Of a DNA stretch of 64,000 bases, positions 18,518 through 28,263 are shown piece after piece (position 1 is the first letter of the stretch; the number at the start of each line of letters is the position of its first letter). The notes under the pieces are model-generated. The model had not been told where the DNA came from. It searched no databases and worked only from the letters and a program-made list of their open reading frames with translations. Where the stretch lies: contig CBDBOV010000006.1 in NCBI GenBank assembly GCA_965208575.1, positions 544,001-608,000 on the forward strand, read 5' to 3'. This DNA is from Spirochaetia bacterium. GTDB taxonomy: Bacteria > Spirochaetota > Spirochaetia > SZUA-6 > Bin103. A program made the position numbers and the translations under genes.

Positions 18518-19264
18518 TCAGTCGCTCCAGTACTTGGCGATCAGTTCGTCGAGGGTGCCGTCTGCCTTGATCGCCGCGAGGCCCTCGTTGAAGGCGTCGA
18601 CCATCGGATCGCCCTCCTGGAACACGATGCCGAGCGGATCGGCCTGCAGGCCGGTGACCCCCATGGTGAGCTCGCCTGCGAATTCCTGCTCGTAAGCGGC
18701 CCCCGAGGTGCCGTCGATCACCACGCCGTCCACGTCGCCGTTCTGCAACGCCAGGATCGCCCCGGCGAACGCGTCGTACAGGCTCACGTTCTCGCGCCCG
18801 ACCAGCTCCTCCGCCAACTGGGCGTTGGTGGTGGCGGTCTGTGCGGCCAGCTTGCGGCCTCCCGCCGTGAAGTCTTCCGCGGTCAGTTCGGCATCCTCCA
18901 CCCGGACCAGGATCGCCTGGCTCACGACCAGGTACGGGTCGGAGAAGTCCATCGATTCATCGCGCTCGGCGGTAATCGACACGCCCGACACCACCAGGTC
19001 GAATTCGCCCTGCTGCAGGGCGGCGAAGATCCCGTCCCAGGCGGTGTTCACGAACTGCAAGACGCAGTTGATGCGCTCACACACCGCGGTCAACATGTCG
19101 ATGTCGAAACCGACGATCTCGCCGGTCGCCTCGTCGACGGTCTCCATCGGCGGGTAGGTGGCGTCCGTCCCCACCTTGAGCACCCTGCCCTCCAGGTCGG
19201 CGGCACCCACGCCCACCGCCAGCACCGCGAGCAAGCCCGCCGCGGCCACCAGTGTTCTGAACAT
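18518..19264 (-). CDS. Polar amino acid ABC substrate-binding protein (family 3)
   Basis: Signal peptide, VGTDATYPPME, GFDID, ITAER, DGTLDELIAKYW; GGAGG RBS. Confidence 0.92.
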   Translation of the reverse strand: MFRTLVAAAGLLAVLAVGVGAADLEGRVLKVGTDATYPPMETVDEATGEIVGFDIDMLTAVCERINCVLQFVNTAWDGIFAALQQGEFDLVVSGVSITAERDESMDFSDPYLVVSQAILVRVEDAELTAEDFTAGGRKLAAQTATTNAQLAEELVGRENVSLYDAFAGAILALQNGDVDGVVIDGTSGAAYEQEFAGELTMGVTGLQADPLGIVFQEGDPMVDAFNEGLAAIKADGTLDELIAKYWSD

Positions 19265-19582
19265 CACTGAACCTCCTGCCGCCGGAGCCCTTGTCCGGCA
19301 GCCATTGCATACTGGACGGTCGCGATGCGCATGGGCAAGCGCCACACGCTCGCCTCCGGAGACGTACGCTCGTCCTGAACTCCGGCGACGCACATACGCA
19401 AGCAGCCGGCACAACACAGCCCGGCGGACGCGGTCGACGAATGGTCGCGGCCGATACCGGATGGACATTCAAGAACTGACGGAGTCGCAAAGAAATTATC
19501 CGGAGTTGACAGATACTCGCCAATCCATGCTTAGTGTCAGCGGGCGGGAAAGCCCGCCTGACGCCCCCTTGCCGAGGAGTCG

Positions 19583-21070
19583 ATGAATCACGATAGCAGA
19601 GCAGAAGAGGCGCCGGGCACCGGCACCGGCGAACAAACGGGCCACGACCTGACCATGGCGCCCGAGGTGATGCTCGATCTGGCCCGCAGAACGGCGGAGC
19701 TGCTGGTGGAACGTATCAAGGGCCTGCCCGGCGAGCCTGCCTGGGACGGAGAGTTCAAGCAGGCGCTCGACCACCAGTTGATGGCCGGCCCCCCCGAGGA
19801 GGGTCGGGCGCCGGTCGAGGTGATCGAGCAGGCGGCACGGGAGATTCTTCCGTTCGCGACGCGGTTGGACCACCCGCGATGCTTCGGGTTCGTCCCGTCG
19901 TCGCCCACCTGGCCCGGTGTGCTGGCCGACTTCATGGCCTCCGCATTCAACATCAATGCCTGCACCTGGCTGGTCGCGAGCGGGCCGAGCCAGGTCGAGC
20001 TGGTGGTAGTCGACTGGTTTCGCCGCTGGCTCGGCTATCCGGAGGGAGCGGGCGGTCTGTTGACGAGCGGGGGCTCGGCGGCCAGCGTCGACGCCTTCGT
20101 GGCGGCACGCGACGCGGCCGGCCACCCCGAGCGCGCAACCGTGTACATGAGCGACCAGAGCCACAGCTCGCAGGTCAAGGCGGCCAGGATCGTCGGCGTC
20201 CGGCCCGACCGCATCCGCCTGCTGCCGAGCGATGAGCAGTTCCGCCTGGACCTGGGACTGCTGGCGCGCGCCGTGGCCGACGACCGCGCCGCGGGGTTCA
20301 ATCCGATTGCGATATGCGCCAATGCCGGGACCGCCAGCACGGGAGCAATCGATCCGTTGCCGGCGCTGGCGGACTTCTGCGAGGCGGAAGGGATCTGGCT
20401 GCACGTCGACGCCGCCTACGGCGGCTTCGCGGCGGTGACCGAGCGCGGCAGGCGGCTCCTGCGCGGGATCGGGCGCGCCGACTCCGTCGGGCTGGACCCG
20501 CACAAGTGGTTGTTTCAGCCGTACGAGGCGGGCGCGCTGCTGGTAAAGGACGTGCGCACCCTCGAACACGCGTTCGAGGTGCACCACGACATCCTCCAGG
20601 ACACGGTATGGGGCGCGAACCACCCGAACATCTCCGATCGCAACCTGCAACTGAGCCGCTCGTTCCGCGCCCTGAAGGTGTGGATGTCGATCCAGACCTT
20701 CGGCATGGCGGCGTTCCGGCGCGCCGTGTCCGGCGGGATGGAACTGGCCGCGCGTGCCGAGGAGTACGTCCGGGAGAGCCAGACTCTGGAACTCTCGACG
20801 CCGGTCTCCCTGGGCATCGTATGCTTCCGGATCAACCCGTCGGGCGCCGGCCTGGACGAGGAGGTCGTGGAGCAGATCAACCGCAAGGTGCTCGCCCGCA
20901 TCTTCTGGGAAGACCGGGCGTTCCTGTCGTCGACGCTGGTGCACGGGACGTTCGCGCTCAGGCTCTGCATCATCAACCACACCACGACCTGGGCCGACGT
21001 TCGGGAGACCCTGGAGGCCGCCGAACGGTTCGGGATGCAGGAATCTGCTTCGTCGACGGCGCCGCGATAG
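19583..21070 (+). CDS. Group II PLP-dependent decarboxylase (aromatic-L-amino-acid/glutamate decarboxylase family)
   Basis: TSGGS, AGTASTGAIDP, WLHVDAAYGG, DPHKWL (PLP lysine), LSRSFRALKVW. Confidence 0.92.
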   Translation: MNHDSRAEEAPGTGTGEQTGHDLTMAPEVMLDLARRTAELLVERIKGLPGEPAWDGEFKQALDHQLMAGPPEEGRAPVEVIEQAAREILPFATRLDHPRCFGFVPSSPTWPGVLADFMASAFNINACTWLVASGPSQVELVVVDWFRRWLGYPEGAGGLLTSGGSAASVDAFVAARDAAGHPERATVYMSDQSHSSQVKAARIVGVRPDRIRLLPSDEQFRLDLGLLARAVADDRAAGFNPIAICANAGTASTGAIDPLPALADFCEAEGIWLHVDAAYGGFAAVTERGRRLLRGIGRADSVGLDPHKWLFQPYEAGALLVKDVRTLEHAFEVHHDILQDTVWGANHPNISDRNLQLSRSFRALKVWMSIQTFGMAAFRRAVSGGMELAARAEEYVRESQTLELSTPVSLGIVCFRINPSGAGLDEEVVEQINRKVLARIFWEDRAFLSSTLVHGTFALRLCIINHTTTWADVRETLEAAERFGMQESASSTAPR

Positions 21071-21244
21071 CGCCCCGAAATCGCCGCCGGCGGCGACGCT
21101 TCCGGCCCAACCGGCCTACCTGGACCGGGCAAGTGCCGGCTGAACAGCACGGCGGGGAGTGCGGGGGAGCGCGCCCCTTCCGCCGCGGACGGCAGCACCC
21201 GCATGCCGCGGGCGCACGCGGCAACGGGCGGCGTTGGCCACTGA

Positions 21245-21289
21245 CCGCCCGGAAGCCGCCCGCCGTTTGGCGGCACGGTCTCCGGGCGG
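21245..21289. terminator. GC-rich hairpin downstream of the sugar SBP gene, between convergent genes
   Basis: CCGCCCGGA...CCGCC-GTTT-GGCGG...TCCGGGCGG imperfect stem. Confidence 0.4.
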
Positions 21290-21304
21290 GCGCGGGAATG
21301 CGGG

Positions 21305-22867
21305 CTACATGCCGGCGTGCTTGGCGCGCGCCTCGGCGAGCACTTCCTCGCCGCCGGCGCGCATCCACTGCTTCACGTAGGTGTTCCAGTCGCCGTCGGT
21401 GTCGGCGTCGCCGGTGATCGCCTTCCACATGTACTCTTCGCGGATGCGCGACATGTCGGCGCGGTACTGGTTCTGGGAGTCCAGCACCCAGCCGTGGCCG
21501 AGCGCCGGGCTGATGATATTGTAGCCCTTCTGGCGTTCCGCCATCGCCAGGGCGTCGCTGCCGAACGAGGCGGTGAACATCCAGCCGTAGCGGATGTTGG
21601 TCAGGAAGTACTTCACGCCCAGATCGCCCTGCGCCTCCATGCTTTGCGCGGCCGGCAGGAACTGGCGCATGCCCTCCTCGTCGAACTCGAAGTGCTCGCC
21701 CTCGATGCCGGACCAGATCAGGTTGTGGTAGAACGGCTCGGCGATCTGCAGGTCGATCACCCCGAGGATCTTCTCCAGCACCAGGTCGCTGGCGTCCTTG
21801 CCGATGACGTGGTAGGTCCACAACGGAGCACGCAGCTCCCAGGTCGGCTCGTAGCCGGCGGCGGTCAGCTCGCCCACGTACTCCACCGTCGCACCCGGAT
21901 CCTTCTCGAACAGGTTCGGGAACCAGGTGCCGGGCCGGTACTTGGGCAGCACGTAGGTCCAGGTGTCGCCGGCGAAGCCCACCTTGCCGTCCTGGAACAG
22001 CGATCCGACCGCCAGCTTGTCCGGCAGCGTGATGTCGGGATGGATCACGCCCGCCTCCCACAGCCCGTTCATCCAGCGCAGGAAGTCGCGCCACCCGTCG
22101 GTGACCTCGAAGAAGGTGATCTCGCCGGTGGCGGGATTGAGGTAGGGCCGCTCGATGTGCTCGTAGCCGAACGCCGCCACGAAGGTGCGCAGGTTGTTGC
22201 CCCAGTTGCCGGCGGAGGTCGCCGACGTGGCCATGCCCCAGGTGTCCTTCTGGCCGTTGCCGTCGGGATCGTCGTAGGTGAACCGGCGCGCCACCTCGGC
22301 GAACTCCTCCACCGTGGTGGGGACCGAAGCGCCGAGCGCCTCCAGCCAGTCGCCGCGCACCACGACCTGGTGCTTGATCTCGGCGCCGCCGTTGGGCACC
22401 GCCCACAGCGTCTCGGTGTCCTGGTTCCAGGACGGGAAGTCGAACCAGATGCCGTCCGCTTCGCCGTTGGCGTAGTCGCGCCAGTAGGTGGGCGCGTGCT
22501 CCTTGACCATGTCGAGCGGCACCGAGCGCAGCAGCCCCTCGTCCTGGTAGCGCAGCATGTTGGTCTGGTTGGCCAGCATGTGGTCCGGAATCTCGCCGGC
22601 GGCGAACAGCAGGTTCATCTCCTCGGCGCTGAAGGCGTCCGACTTGACGACCCGCAGGTCGATGTCCAGCGCCTTGTTGAACTCCGCGATGATCGGGCTG
22701 TCCGGCTGCGGGTAGAGCGCCCCGCCGGGCGTCTTCAGGCGCAGCCCCACCCAGTTGATCACGACCGGTCCCTCGTCTCCGGTCGCGGTCTCCGCCTCGG
22801 ACGCGGCGAACACCCCCGGCGTCGCCGCCACGAGAACTGCGATTGCAAGTACGGTGAGTCTCTTCAC
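21305..22867 (-). CDS. Carbohydrate ABC substrate-binding protein (family 1, LplA-like)
   Basis: Signal peptide, AGEIPD, RGDWLEALG, DPDGNGQKDTWG, GIEGEHF; AGGAGG RBS before GTG. Confidence 0.9.
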   Translation of the reverse strand: MKRLTVLAIAVLVAATPGVFAASEAETATGDEGPVVINWVGLRLKTPGGALYPQPDSPIIAEFNKALDIDLRVVKSDAFSAEEMNLLFAAGEIPDHMLANQTNMLRYQDEGLLRSVPLDMVKEHAPTYWRDYANGEADGIWFDFPSWNQDTETLWAVPNGGAEIKHQVVVRGDWLEALGASVPTTVEEFAEVARRFTYDDPDGNGQKDTWGMATSATSAGNWGNNLRTFVAAFGYEHIERPYLNPATGEITFFEVTDGWRDFLRWMNGLWEAGVIHPDITLPDKLAVGSLFQDGKVGFAGDTWTYVLPKYRPGTWFPNLFEKDPGATVEYVGELTAAGYEPTWELRAPLWTYHVIGKDASDLVLEKILGVIDLQIAEPFYHNLIWSGIEGEHFEFDEEGMRQFLPAAQSMEAQGDLGVKYFLTNIRYGWMFTASFGSDALAMAERQKGYNIISPALGHGWVLDSQNQYRADMSRIREEYMWKAITGDADTDGDWNTYVKQWMRAGGEEVLAEARAKHAGM

Positions 22868-22940
22868 GTCGTACCTCCTTGTGTGGATAGAAAATGTTCG
22901 GGCGGCCCCGCCGCCGCTGCCCCGCACCGCGGGGCTCTCG

Positions 22941-23837
22941 TCATCCTTTCAGTGACCCGATCATGATACCCTTGACGAAGTAGCGTTGCACGAACGGGTA
23001 GGCGAGCAGGATCGGGCCGATCGAGATCAGCACCGTGGCCGCCTTGATCGACTCCGGCACCACCGACTCCGCGCCCGCCACCGAGTCGTTGTTCTCGCCC
23101 AGGAACGCGGTGTCGTCCTGCTCGATGATCACCCGCCGCAGCACCAGTTGCAGCACCGTCTTGGTCTCGTCGCGGATGAAGATCAGCGCGTCGAACCAGG
23201 AGTTCCAGTGCTGCACCGCCACCCACAGGCCGATGGTGGCCATGATCGGCACCGACAGCGGGATGATGATCTGGATCAGGATGCGGAAGAACGATGCGCC
23301 GTCGATCATCGCCGACTCCTCCAGCGAGTCGGGGATGGTCATGATGAAGTTGCGCATGATCAGCAGGTTGTAGGTGCCGAGCAGGATCGGGAAGATCAGC
23401 GCCGCGCGGGTGTCCAGCATGCCCAGGCTGCGCACCAGCAGGTAGCGCGGAATCAACCCGCCGGAAAAGAACATCGGGATCAGGAAGAAGATGGTGAGAT
23501 AGTTGCGCAGCGGCAGCTTGCGCTTGGCCAGGGGGTAGGCGGTGCAGAACGAGAAGAACACCGCCAGCACGGTGCCCACCACGGTGCGGAACACGGTGTT
23601 GATATAGCCGTAGTAGATCAGCCGCGACGAGAACGCGACCCGGTACGCCTCCAGGGTCACCTCCTCCGGCCACAGCTTGATGCCCCAGCTCGACGCCAGC
23701 AGGCCCGGCAGCAGCGACACCACCGCGGTCTCCCAGAACGGGTAGATCATCAACAGAGAGACCACGATCAGGAACAGGTAGTTGGCAAAGTCGAACAGCC
23801 GGTCGGCGCTCCAGCGCCCGCGCGCCCCCACTACCAC
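22941..23837 (-). CDS. Carbohydrate ABC permease (LplC-like)
   Basis: FSGGLIP, SLEESAMIDGA, HWNSWFD, YPFVQRYFVKG. Confidence 0.93.
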   Translation of the reverse strand: MVVGARGRWSADRLFDFANYLFLIVVSLLMIYPFWETAVVSLLPGLLASSWGIKLWPEEVTLEAYRVAFSSRLIYYGYINTVFRTVVGTVLAVFFSFCTAYPLAKRKLPLRNYLTIFFLIPMFFSGGLIPRYLLVRSLGMLDTRAALIFPILLGTYNLLIMRNFIMTIPDSLEESAMIDGASFFRILIQIIIPLSVPIMATIGLWVAVQHWNSWFDALIFIRDETKTVLQLVLRRVIIEQDDTAFLGENNDSVAGAESVVPESIKAATVLISIGPILLAYPFVQRYFVKGIMIGSLKG

Positions 23838-23846
23838 GCCGCCCTC

Positions 23847-24794
23847 CTACCAGATGCCGTATTCCGAGAAGCGGTTCACGATGGCGTTGGTGAACAGCAG
23901 CATCAACAGGCCGAGCACGTTCTTGAACAGGCCGATGGCGGTGGAGTAGCTGTAGTCGAACTCCACCAGGCCGATGCGGTAGACGTAGGTGTCGATGATG
24001 TCGCCCACCTCGTAGGTGATCGGGTTGTACAGGTTGAAGATCTCCTCGAAGCCGGCGTTCATCAGGAACCCGACGCGCAGGATGAACAGGATCACGATCA
24101 CCGGCGCCAGCGACGGCAGCGTGATGGAGATCGCCTGCCGGAAGCGCCCGGCGCCGTCCACCGTGGCCGCCTCGTACAGCTCCGGATCGATGGAGGAGAT
24201 GGCGGCCAGGTAGATGATCGAGCCCCAGCCCACGTCCTTCCAGATGTTGGCCACCACGATCATCGGGCGGAAGAAGCCGGGCTCGATCATGAAGTTGACC
24301 GGCTCCATGCCGACCATCATCAGGAAGTAGTTGACCACGCCGCTGGTGGGCGACAGGAGCTGGCGGATCAGGGCGGCGATCACCACCCAGCTTATGAAGT
24401 GCGGCAGGTAGGAGATGGTCTGCACCACCTTCTTGAAGTGGCGCGCGCGCACCTCGTTGAGCAGCAGCGCCAGGATGATCGGCGCCGGGAAGCCGAAGAT
24501 GATCTTGTAGAACGAGATCAGGATCGTGTTGCGGAACACGTTCAGGAACTGCGGGCTGCGGAACAGGCGCTCGAAGTTGTCCAGCCCCACCCACGGGCTG
24601 CCCATGATGCCTTCCAGGATGCGGTACTTCTTGAACGCGATGATCACCCCGTACATGGGGTAGTACTCGAAGATCAGGAACCAGGCGATGGCCGGCAGCA
24701 GCATGATGAGCAGGCCGCGGTACAGCAGCATGGAACGCCACAGCCCGCGCCTGGCGAGGTCTCCGGTACCGGTTGCCGATTGGATGCCGCCCAC
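23847..24794 (-). CDS. Carbohydrate ABC permease (LplB-like)
   Basis: YLPHFISWV, GWGSIIYLAAI, LYEAATVDGA, DIIDTYVY. Confidence 0.93.
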   Translation of the reverse strand: MGGIQSATGTGDLARRGLWRSMLLYRGLLIMLLPAIAWFLIFEYYPMYGVIIAFKKYRILEGIMGSPWVGLDNFERLFRSPQFLNVFRNTILISFYKIIFGFPAPIILALLLNEVRARHFKKVVQTISYLPHFISWVVIAALIRQLLSPTSGVVNYFLMMVGMEPVNFMIEPGFFRPMIVVANIWKDVGWGSIIYLAAISSIDPELYEAATVDGAGRFRQAISITLPSLAPVIVILFILRVGFLMNAGFEEIFNLYNPITYEVGDIIDTYVYRIGLVEFDYSYSTAIGLFKNVLGLLMLLFTNAIVNRFSEYGIW

Positions 24795-24995
24795 CGAATC
24801 GCTGCTCCGGAGGCAAGCGTATCACACCGCGGGAACGGAGCGTAAGTCCGCTGCCGCATGCCCATGAGCCGGGCCAGCCCGACCGGTGCGGACCAGTCAG
24901 CTCAGGCGGTGTGGAGTGCCGAGCATCGTCAGGATACGTCCGAGGTGTTGGCGATTGGCGGCGTGGAGTGCCATACTGCTCACAGGAGTCCGCAG

Positions 24996-25196
24996 ATGAG
25001 CGATGCCAGAATCGAGACGAACCCTGAGGTGATGTTGGGGAAACCGGTTGTCCGGGGCACGCGTGTTACCGTTGAACTCCTCCTGCGCAAACTGAGCGAG
25101 GGTGCGTCGGAGGACGACCTGCTCGACGCCTATCCTCGCATCACGCGGGAGGATCTGCGTGCCGCCGTGGGCTTCGCCGCCGAGACGCCCCGTTAG
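24996..25196 (+). CDS. DUF433 antitoxin-like protein, orphan
   Basis: PEVMLGKPVVRGTRVTV...YPRITREDLRAA; no toxin gene follows. Confidence 0.85.
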   Translation: MSDARIETNPEVMLGKPVVRGTRVTVELLLRKLSEGASEDDLLDAYPRITREDLRAAVGFAAETPR

Positions 25197-25205
25197 GTGC
25201 TCAAT

Positions 25206-26060
25206 TCATCTCGCGGTGGTGGCGGCGGTCAGTCGTTCGTACTCGATTTCGGAAGAGCGTTTGACGCCGTGCTGCTCGGCCCACTCCTGGAGCGCCCACG
25301 CGTCGACGATCGTGCTCGGGTGCTTGTGGCCGCCGACGAGCTGGCGCGCAATCGGTTCGGTGACCCTGGCCAGCAGCGCGTCCGACTGCACGTCGTAGTC
25401 GAGCGGACTGATCCAGGCATAGCAGTAGCCCATCATCAGGCACTTTCGCGGCTGGTCGGTGCGGTTGACGCCGATGCGGTGGAACGTGCGGCTCTCGAAC
25501 AGGAAGGCATCGCCCGCCTGCATCTCCAGCTCGACGGCGCCGTCGGGATCCTTTTGTCCCTCCGGGATCTCGAGGTGGCGCGTGTAGTTGTTGCTGCCCG
25601 GCACCAGGATGGTATTGCCGCTGAGCGGGCTGGTGTCGGTGAGCTGATAGCAGACCTTGATCATCATCCGCGGGTAGCGGTGCGGGCCGAGGTCGAACGG
25701 GCTCTCCCAGAAGTCGCGGTGCCAGTTGGGCGGCGGATCGAGCTCCGGCGGATCCGGGTAGTTGTAGATGAGGTGGCTCTTGGCGAGGTGGATGTCGTAG
25801 CTCAGGAGCTGCACCACCAGCGGCACGGTGGTCTCCCAGGTGAGCAGGGACAGGAACACGTCGTCCCGCGGCAGCACGTTGTCCAGGCTGGTGCGCCGGG
25901 AGCCGCTGCCCGGGTGTTTTGCGGCGTGCTCATCGGCGATCCGGTCGCATGCCGCCGTAACGCGCCGCAGCATGTCGCCGTCGAGCGCATCGCGCACCAG
26001 CAGGTACCCGTTGCGGTCGAAGAACTCGCGCTGCTCGTCTGCAAGTCTGGTGAACTTCAT
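25206..26060 (-). CDS. Phytanoyl-CoA dioxygenase (PhyH) family protein
   Basis: FFDRNGYL, WHRD, VPGSN, AGDAFLF...FH...N...R. Confidence 0.92.
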   Translation of the reverse strand: MKFTRLADEQREFFDRNGYLLVRDALDGDMLRRVTAACDRIADEHAAKHPGSGSRRTSLDNVLPRDDVFLSLLTWETTVPLVVQLLSYDIHLAKSHLIYNYPDPPELDPPPNWHRDFWESPFDLGPHRYPRMMIKVCYQLTDTSPLSGNTILVPGSNNYTRHLEIPEGQKDPDGAVELEMQAGDAFLFESRTFHRIGVNRTDQPRKCLMMGYCYAWISPLDYDVQSDALLARVTEPIARQLVGGHKHPSTIVDAWALQEWAEQHGVKRSSEIEYERLTAATTAR

Positions 26061-26252
26061 GTACCGCTCTTTGTCCCTTGATCGCGCCGCGGCGTCAAGT
26101 ATGCGCCTCCGGCAACCGCCCATGGGGCCGGCACTCGCCGCCAACGCCAGCATCCGCCGTAGCCGCCGGCGTTCGCCGCTGCCGCCCGCGCGCTGGGCAA
26201 CGGTCCGCGACCTGACAGTCAGCCGGGGCAACTGCTACCCTGCGCCCGCGAC

Positions 26253-27296
26253 ATGAGAGCGGCGCTCACGTTTGGACCCGGCGACATTCGCGTGCAATCG
26301 ATGGCCGAGCCGGTGCCGGATGCCGGCGAGGTGCTGGTCGAGGTAGGCGGCTGCGGCATCTGCGGCGGCGATTACAGCGCGCACAAATCGGGCGCCCGGA
26401 AGCGGGCAACCCGCGCGCAGGCTACGATCGCGGGACATGAAGTGGCGGGCACGGTGGCGGCATGCGGCGCCGGGGTGCAGGGCTTGCCGTCCGGCACCCG
26501 GGTGGCGGTGAGCCCGAACCGGCCCTGCGGCCAATGTCCGCCCTGCCGCCGGGGCATGTGCCACCTGTGCGAGAACCGCGTACCCCACCCGCGCCGCAAG
26601 GGAGGCGGATTCGCATCGTACACCGCCGTCCTTGCGGCGCAGTGCTACCCCATCGACGACGCGACCGGGATGATCGAAGCCGCCGTCGCCGAACCGCTCG
26701 CCTGCTGCCTGCATTCCACCAGCCGCATCCGTGTCCGGCAGGGAGACTGCGTGGCGATCCTCGGCGGCGGACTGAACGCGCAGTTGTTCGTGCAGTTGAC
26801 CCGCATGCAGGGCGCCCGGCGGGTGGTCCTGATCGACAGCATTGCCGAGCGATTGCAGATGGCGCAGACCCTGGGGGCGGACGAGGTGATCGATACTTCC
26901 GCCACCTCGTTCGAGGAAACCGAGCGCCGGTTCCCGCGCGGCGCCGACGTCGTGATCAACACGCGCGGATCGATGGAGTTCACTGCGCTGGCGTTCCGGC
27001 TCTGTGCCGTCGGCGCGCGCCTGTTGTGCTACGGCGTCGCCGGCGCGGGCAAGACGGTCGCCATCGAACCGCACCTCATCTGGCGCAAGGAGATCCAGCT
27101 CATCGGCGGGCGCTCCTTCAACAACACGTTCGGCGCCGCCGTCGACCTGATCGACTCGCGCCGCATCCGGGTCGCCCCCCTGGTCACCCGCACCGTGAAC
27201 CTGCAGCGCTACGCCGAAGTGGTCGCCTCCCCCTCCGCCCACCACATCAAGACCGTCGTGGTGCCCGATCAGGCGCAAGCGGAAAACGTGCGGTGA
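26253..27296 (+). CDS. Zn-dependent dehydrogenase (Tdh/sorbitol dehydrogenase-like)
   Basis: CGICGGD, GHE, CGQCPPCRRGMCHLC structural-zinc motif, EPLAC. Confidence 0.92.
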   Translation: MRAALTFGPGDIRVQSMAEPVPDAGEVLVEVGGCGICGGDYSAHKSGARKRATRAQATIAGHEVAGTVAACGAGVQGLPSGTRVAVSPNRPCGQCPPCRRGMCHLCENRVPHPRRKGGGFASYTAVLAAQCYPIDDATGMIEAAVAEPLACCLHSTSRIRVRQGDCVAILGGGLNAQLFVQLTRMQGARRVVLIDSIAERLQMAQTLGADEVIDTSATSFEETERRFPRGADVVINTRGSMEFTALAFRLCAVGARLLCYGVAGAGKTVAIEPHLIWRKEIQLIGGRSFNNTFGAAVDLIDSRRIRVAPLVTRTVNLQRYAEVVASPSAHHIKTVVVPDQAQAENVR

Positions 27297-27365
27297 ATCG
27301 AACCAGCATGCGGAAGGTCCTTGTTGCCGCGCTCGACACGCGGCGTTTTCGTCGGCGTGGAACCG

Positions 27366-27800
27366 CTACGGCGCCATCACGAGTCCCGGATAGTCAGGCG
27401 CCAAGCGTTCGAAGTCGCGCTGGTTGAACGTGTAGACGCGGTCGCAGTTGGCGTCGCGGGCGCACTCGATGAGCAGCGCGTCGTACACCTTCCCGCCGGG
27501 CAGGGCGTGACGAGCACAGTTGGCGACCGCGCGCCGATACAGGTCCGTGGTCGCCGCTTGCACGTGGAAGAATGGAATGACGTTCCTGTTCAAGATGACG
27601 GCGGCCTCCGAGGGAAGTATGCGCGGCTCGACCGGCATCGTCGTCAGCGCAGAGTACACCTCGGCGACGCTGTGAGCACCTATGATGCCGGTTATTCGAC
27701 GCGCGCGGACGTCGACGAGGACCGGCCGCGCGCGAGCGTAGTGTGGATGGCGGCGCACGCACGAAGCCGCCAGGACCGAGGTGTCGCAGAAGACCGTCAT
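27366..27800 (-). CDS. vapC: PIN-domain toxin
   Basis: VFCDTS, E, VYDALL, TFNQRDF. Confidence 0.9.
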   Translation of the reverse strand: MTVFCDTSVLAASCVRRHPHYARARPVLVDVRARRITGIIGAHSVAEVYSALTTMPVEPRILPSEAAVILNRNVIPFFHVQAATTDLYRRAVANCARHALPGGKVYDALLIECARDANCDRVYTFNQRDFERLAPDYPGLVMAP

Positions 27801-28063
27801 CCCAGCGCCGAGCCAACCTCGTGATCACGACGAATTCTCGACTCCTCGACCGCCTCCAGGAGGTCTCCCGTAGGTTCTCCCTCATGGACCAGCAGCCCGT
27901 CCTCGTCGCTCATGCTCGGGGAGAGGGTTTGCGGGCGCAACCGGATGCCGTCCGGCTCGATCTCGATCGCCAACTGCGAGCCCCGCTGGAGATGGAATCG
28001 CCTGCGCACCGGTTGCGGCAGCACCACGCGCCCGGCCGCGTCGACGGTCAGCACTTTCTTCAT
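27797..28063 (-). CDS. AbrB/MazE/SpoVT-family antitoxin
   Basis: VDAAGRVVLPQPVRRRFHLQRGSQL; overlaps PIN start; tandem TTGACA upstream. Confidence 0.9.
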   Translation of the reverse strand: MKKVLTVDAAGRVVLPQPVRRRFHLQRGSQLAIEIEPDGIRLRPQTLSPSMSDEDGLLVHEGEPTGDLLEAVEESRIRRDHEVGSALG

Positions 28064-28141
28064 GACAACAAAAATGTCAATTGGAAGTGCTAATGTCAAT
28101 ACGAGCGCTACGCCGAGCAGAACGACCGCGCCAGCTTCTCC

Positions 28142-28258
28142 ATGCTGCGTCTCTACGCCAAGGAACTGGTGCTGAGCAACTTCGCCGGCTACGACCCCGA
28201 CCAGATGCTGGAGCGAATGATCGAACTATCCCTCTACACGGAGGAACACCTCCGCTGA
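28142..28258 (+). pseudogene. 38-codon ORF, probably an orphan 3' gene remnant
   Basis: MLRLYAKELVLSNFAGYDPDQMLERMIELSLYTEEHLR* with protein-like composition and GC3-biased codons. Confidence 0.35.
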
Positions 28259-28263
28259 CCCGG

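Noticed and set aside
15812-19270. Very long antisense or alternate-frame ORFs (1152 aa here; also 6656-9154, 9061-10932, 22864-24825, 32010-34010, 51118-53304)
   Set aside because: Shadow ORFs of real genes in high-GC DNA, rich in R/A/G/H/V and without recognisable motifs.
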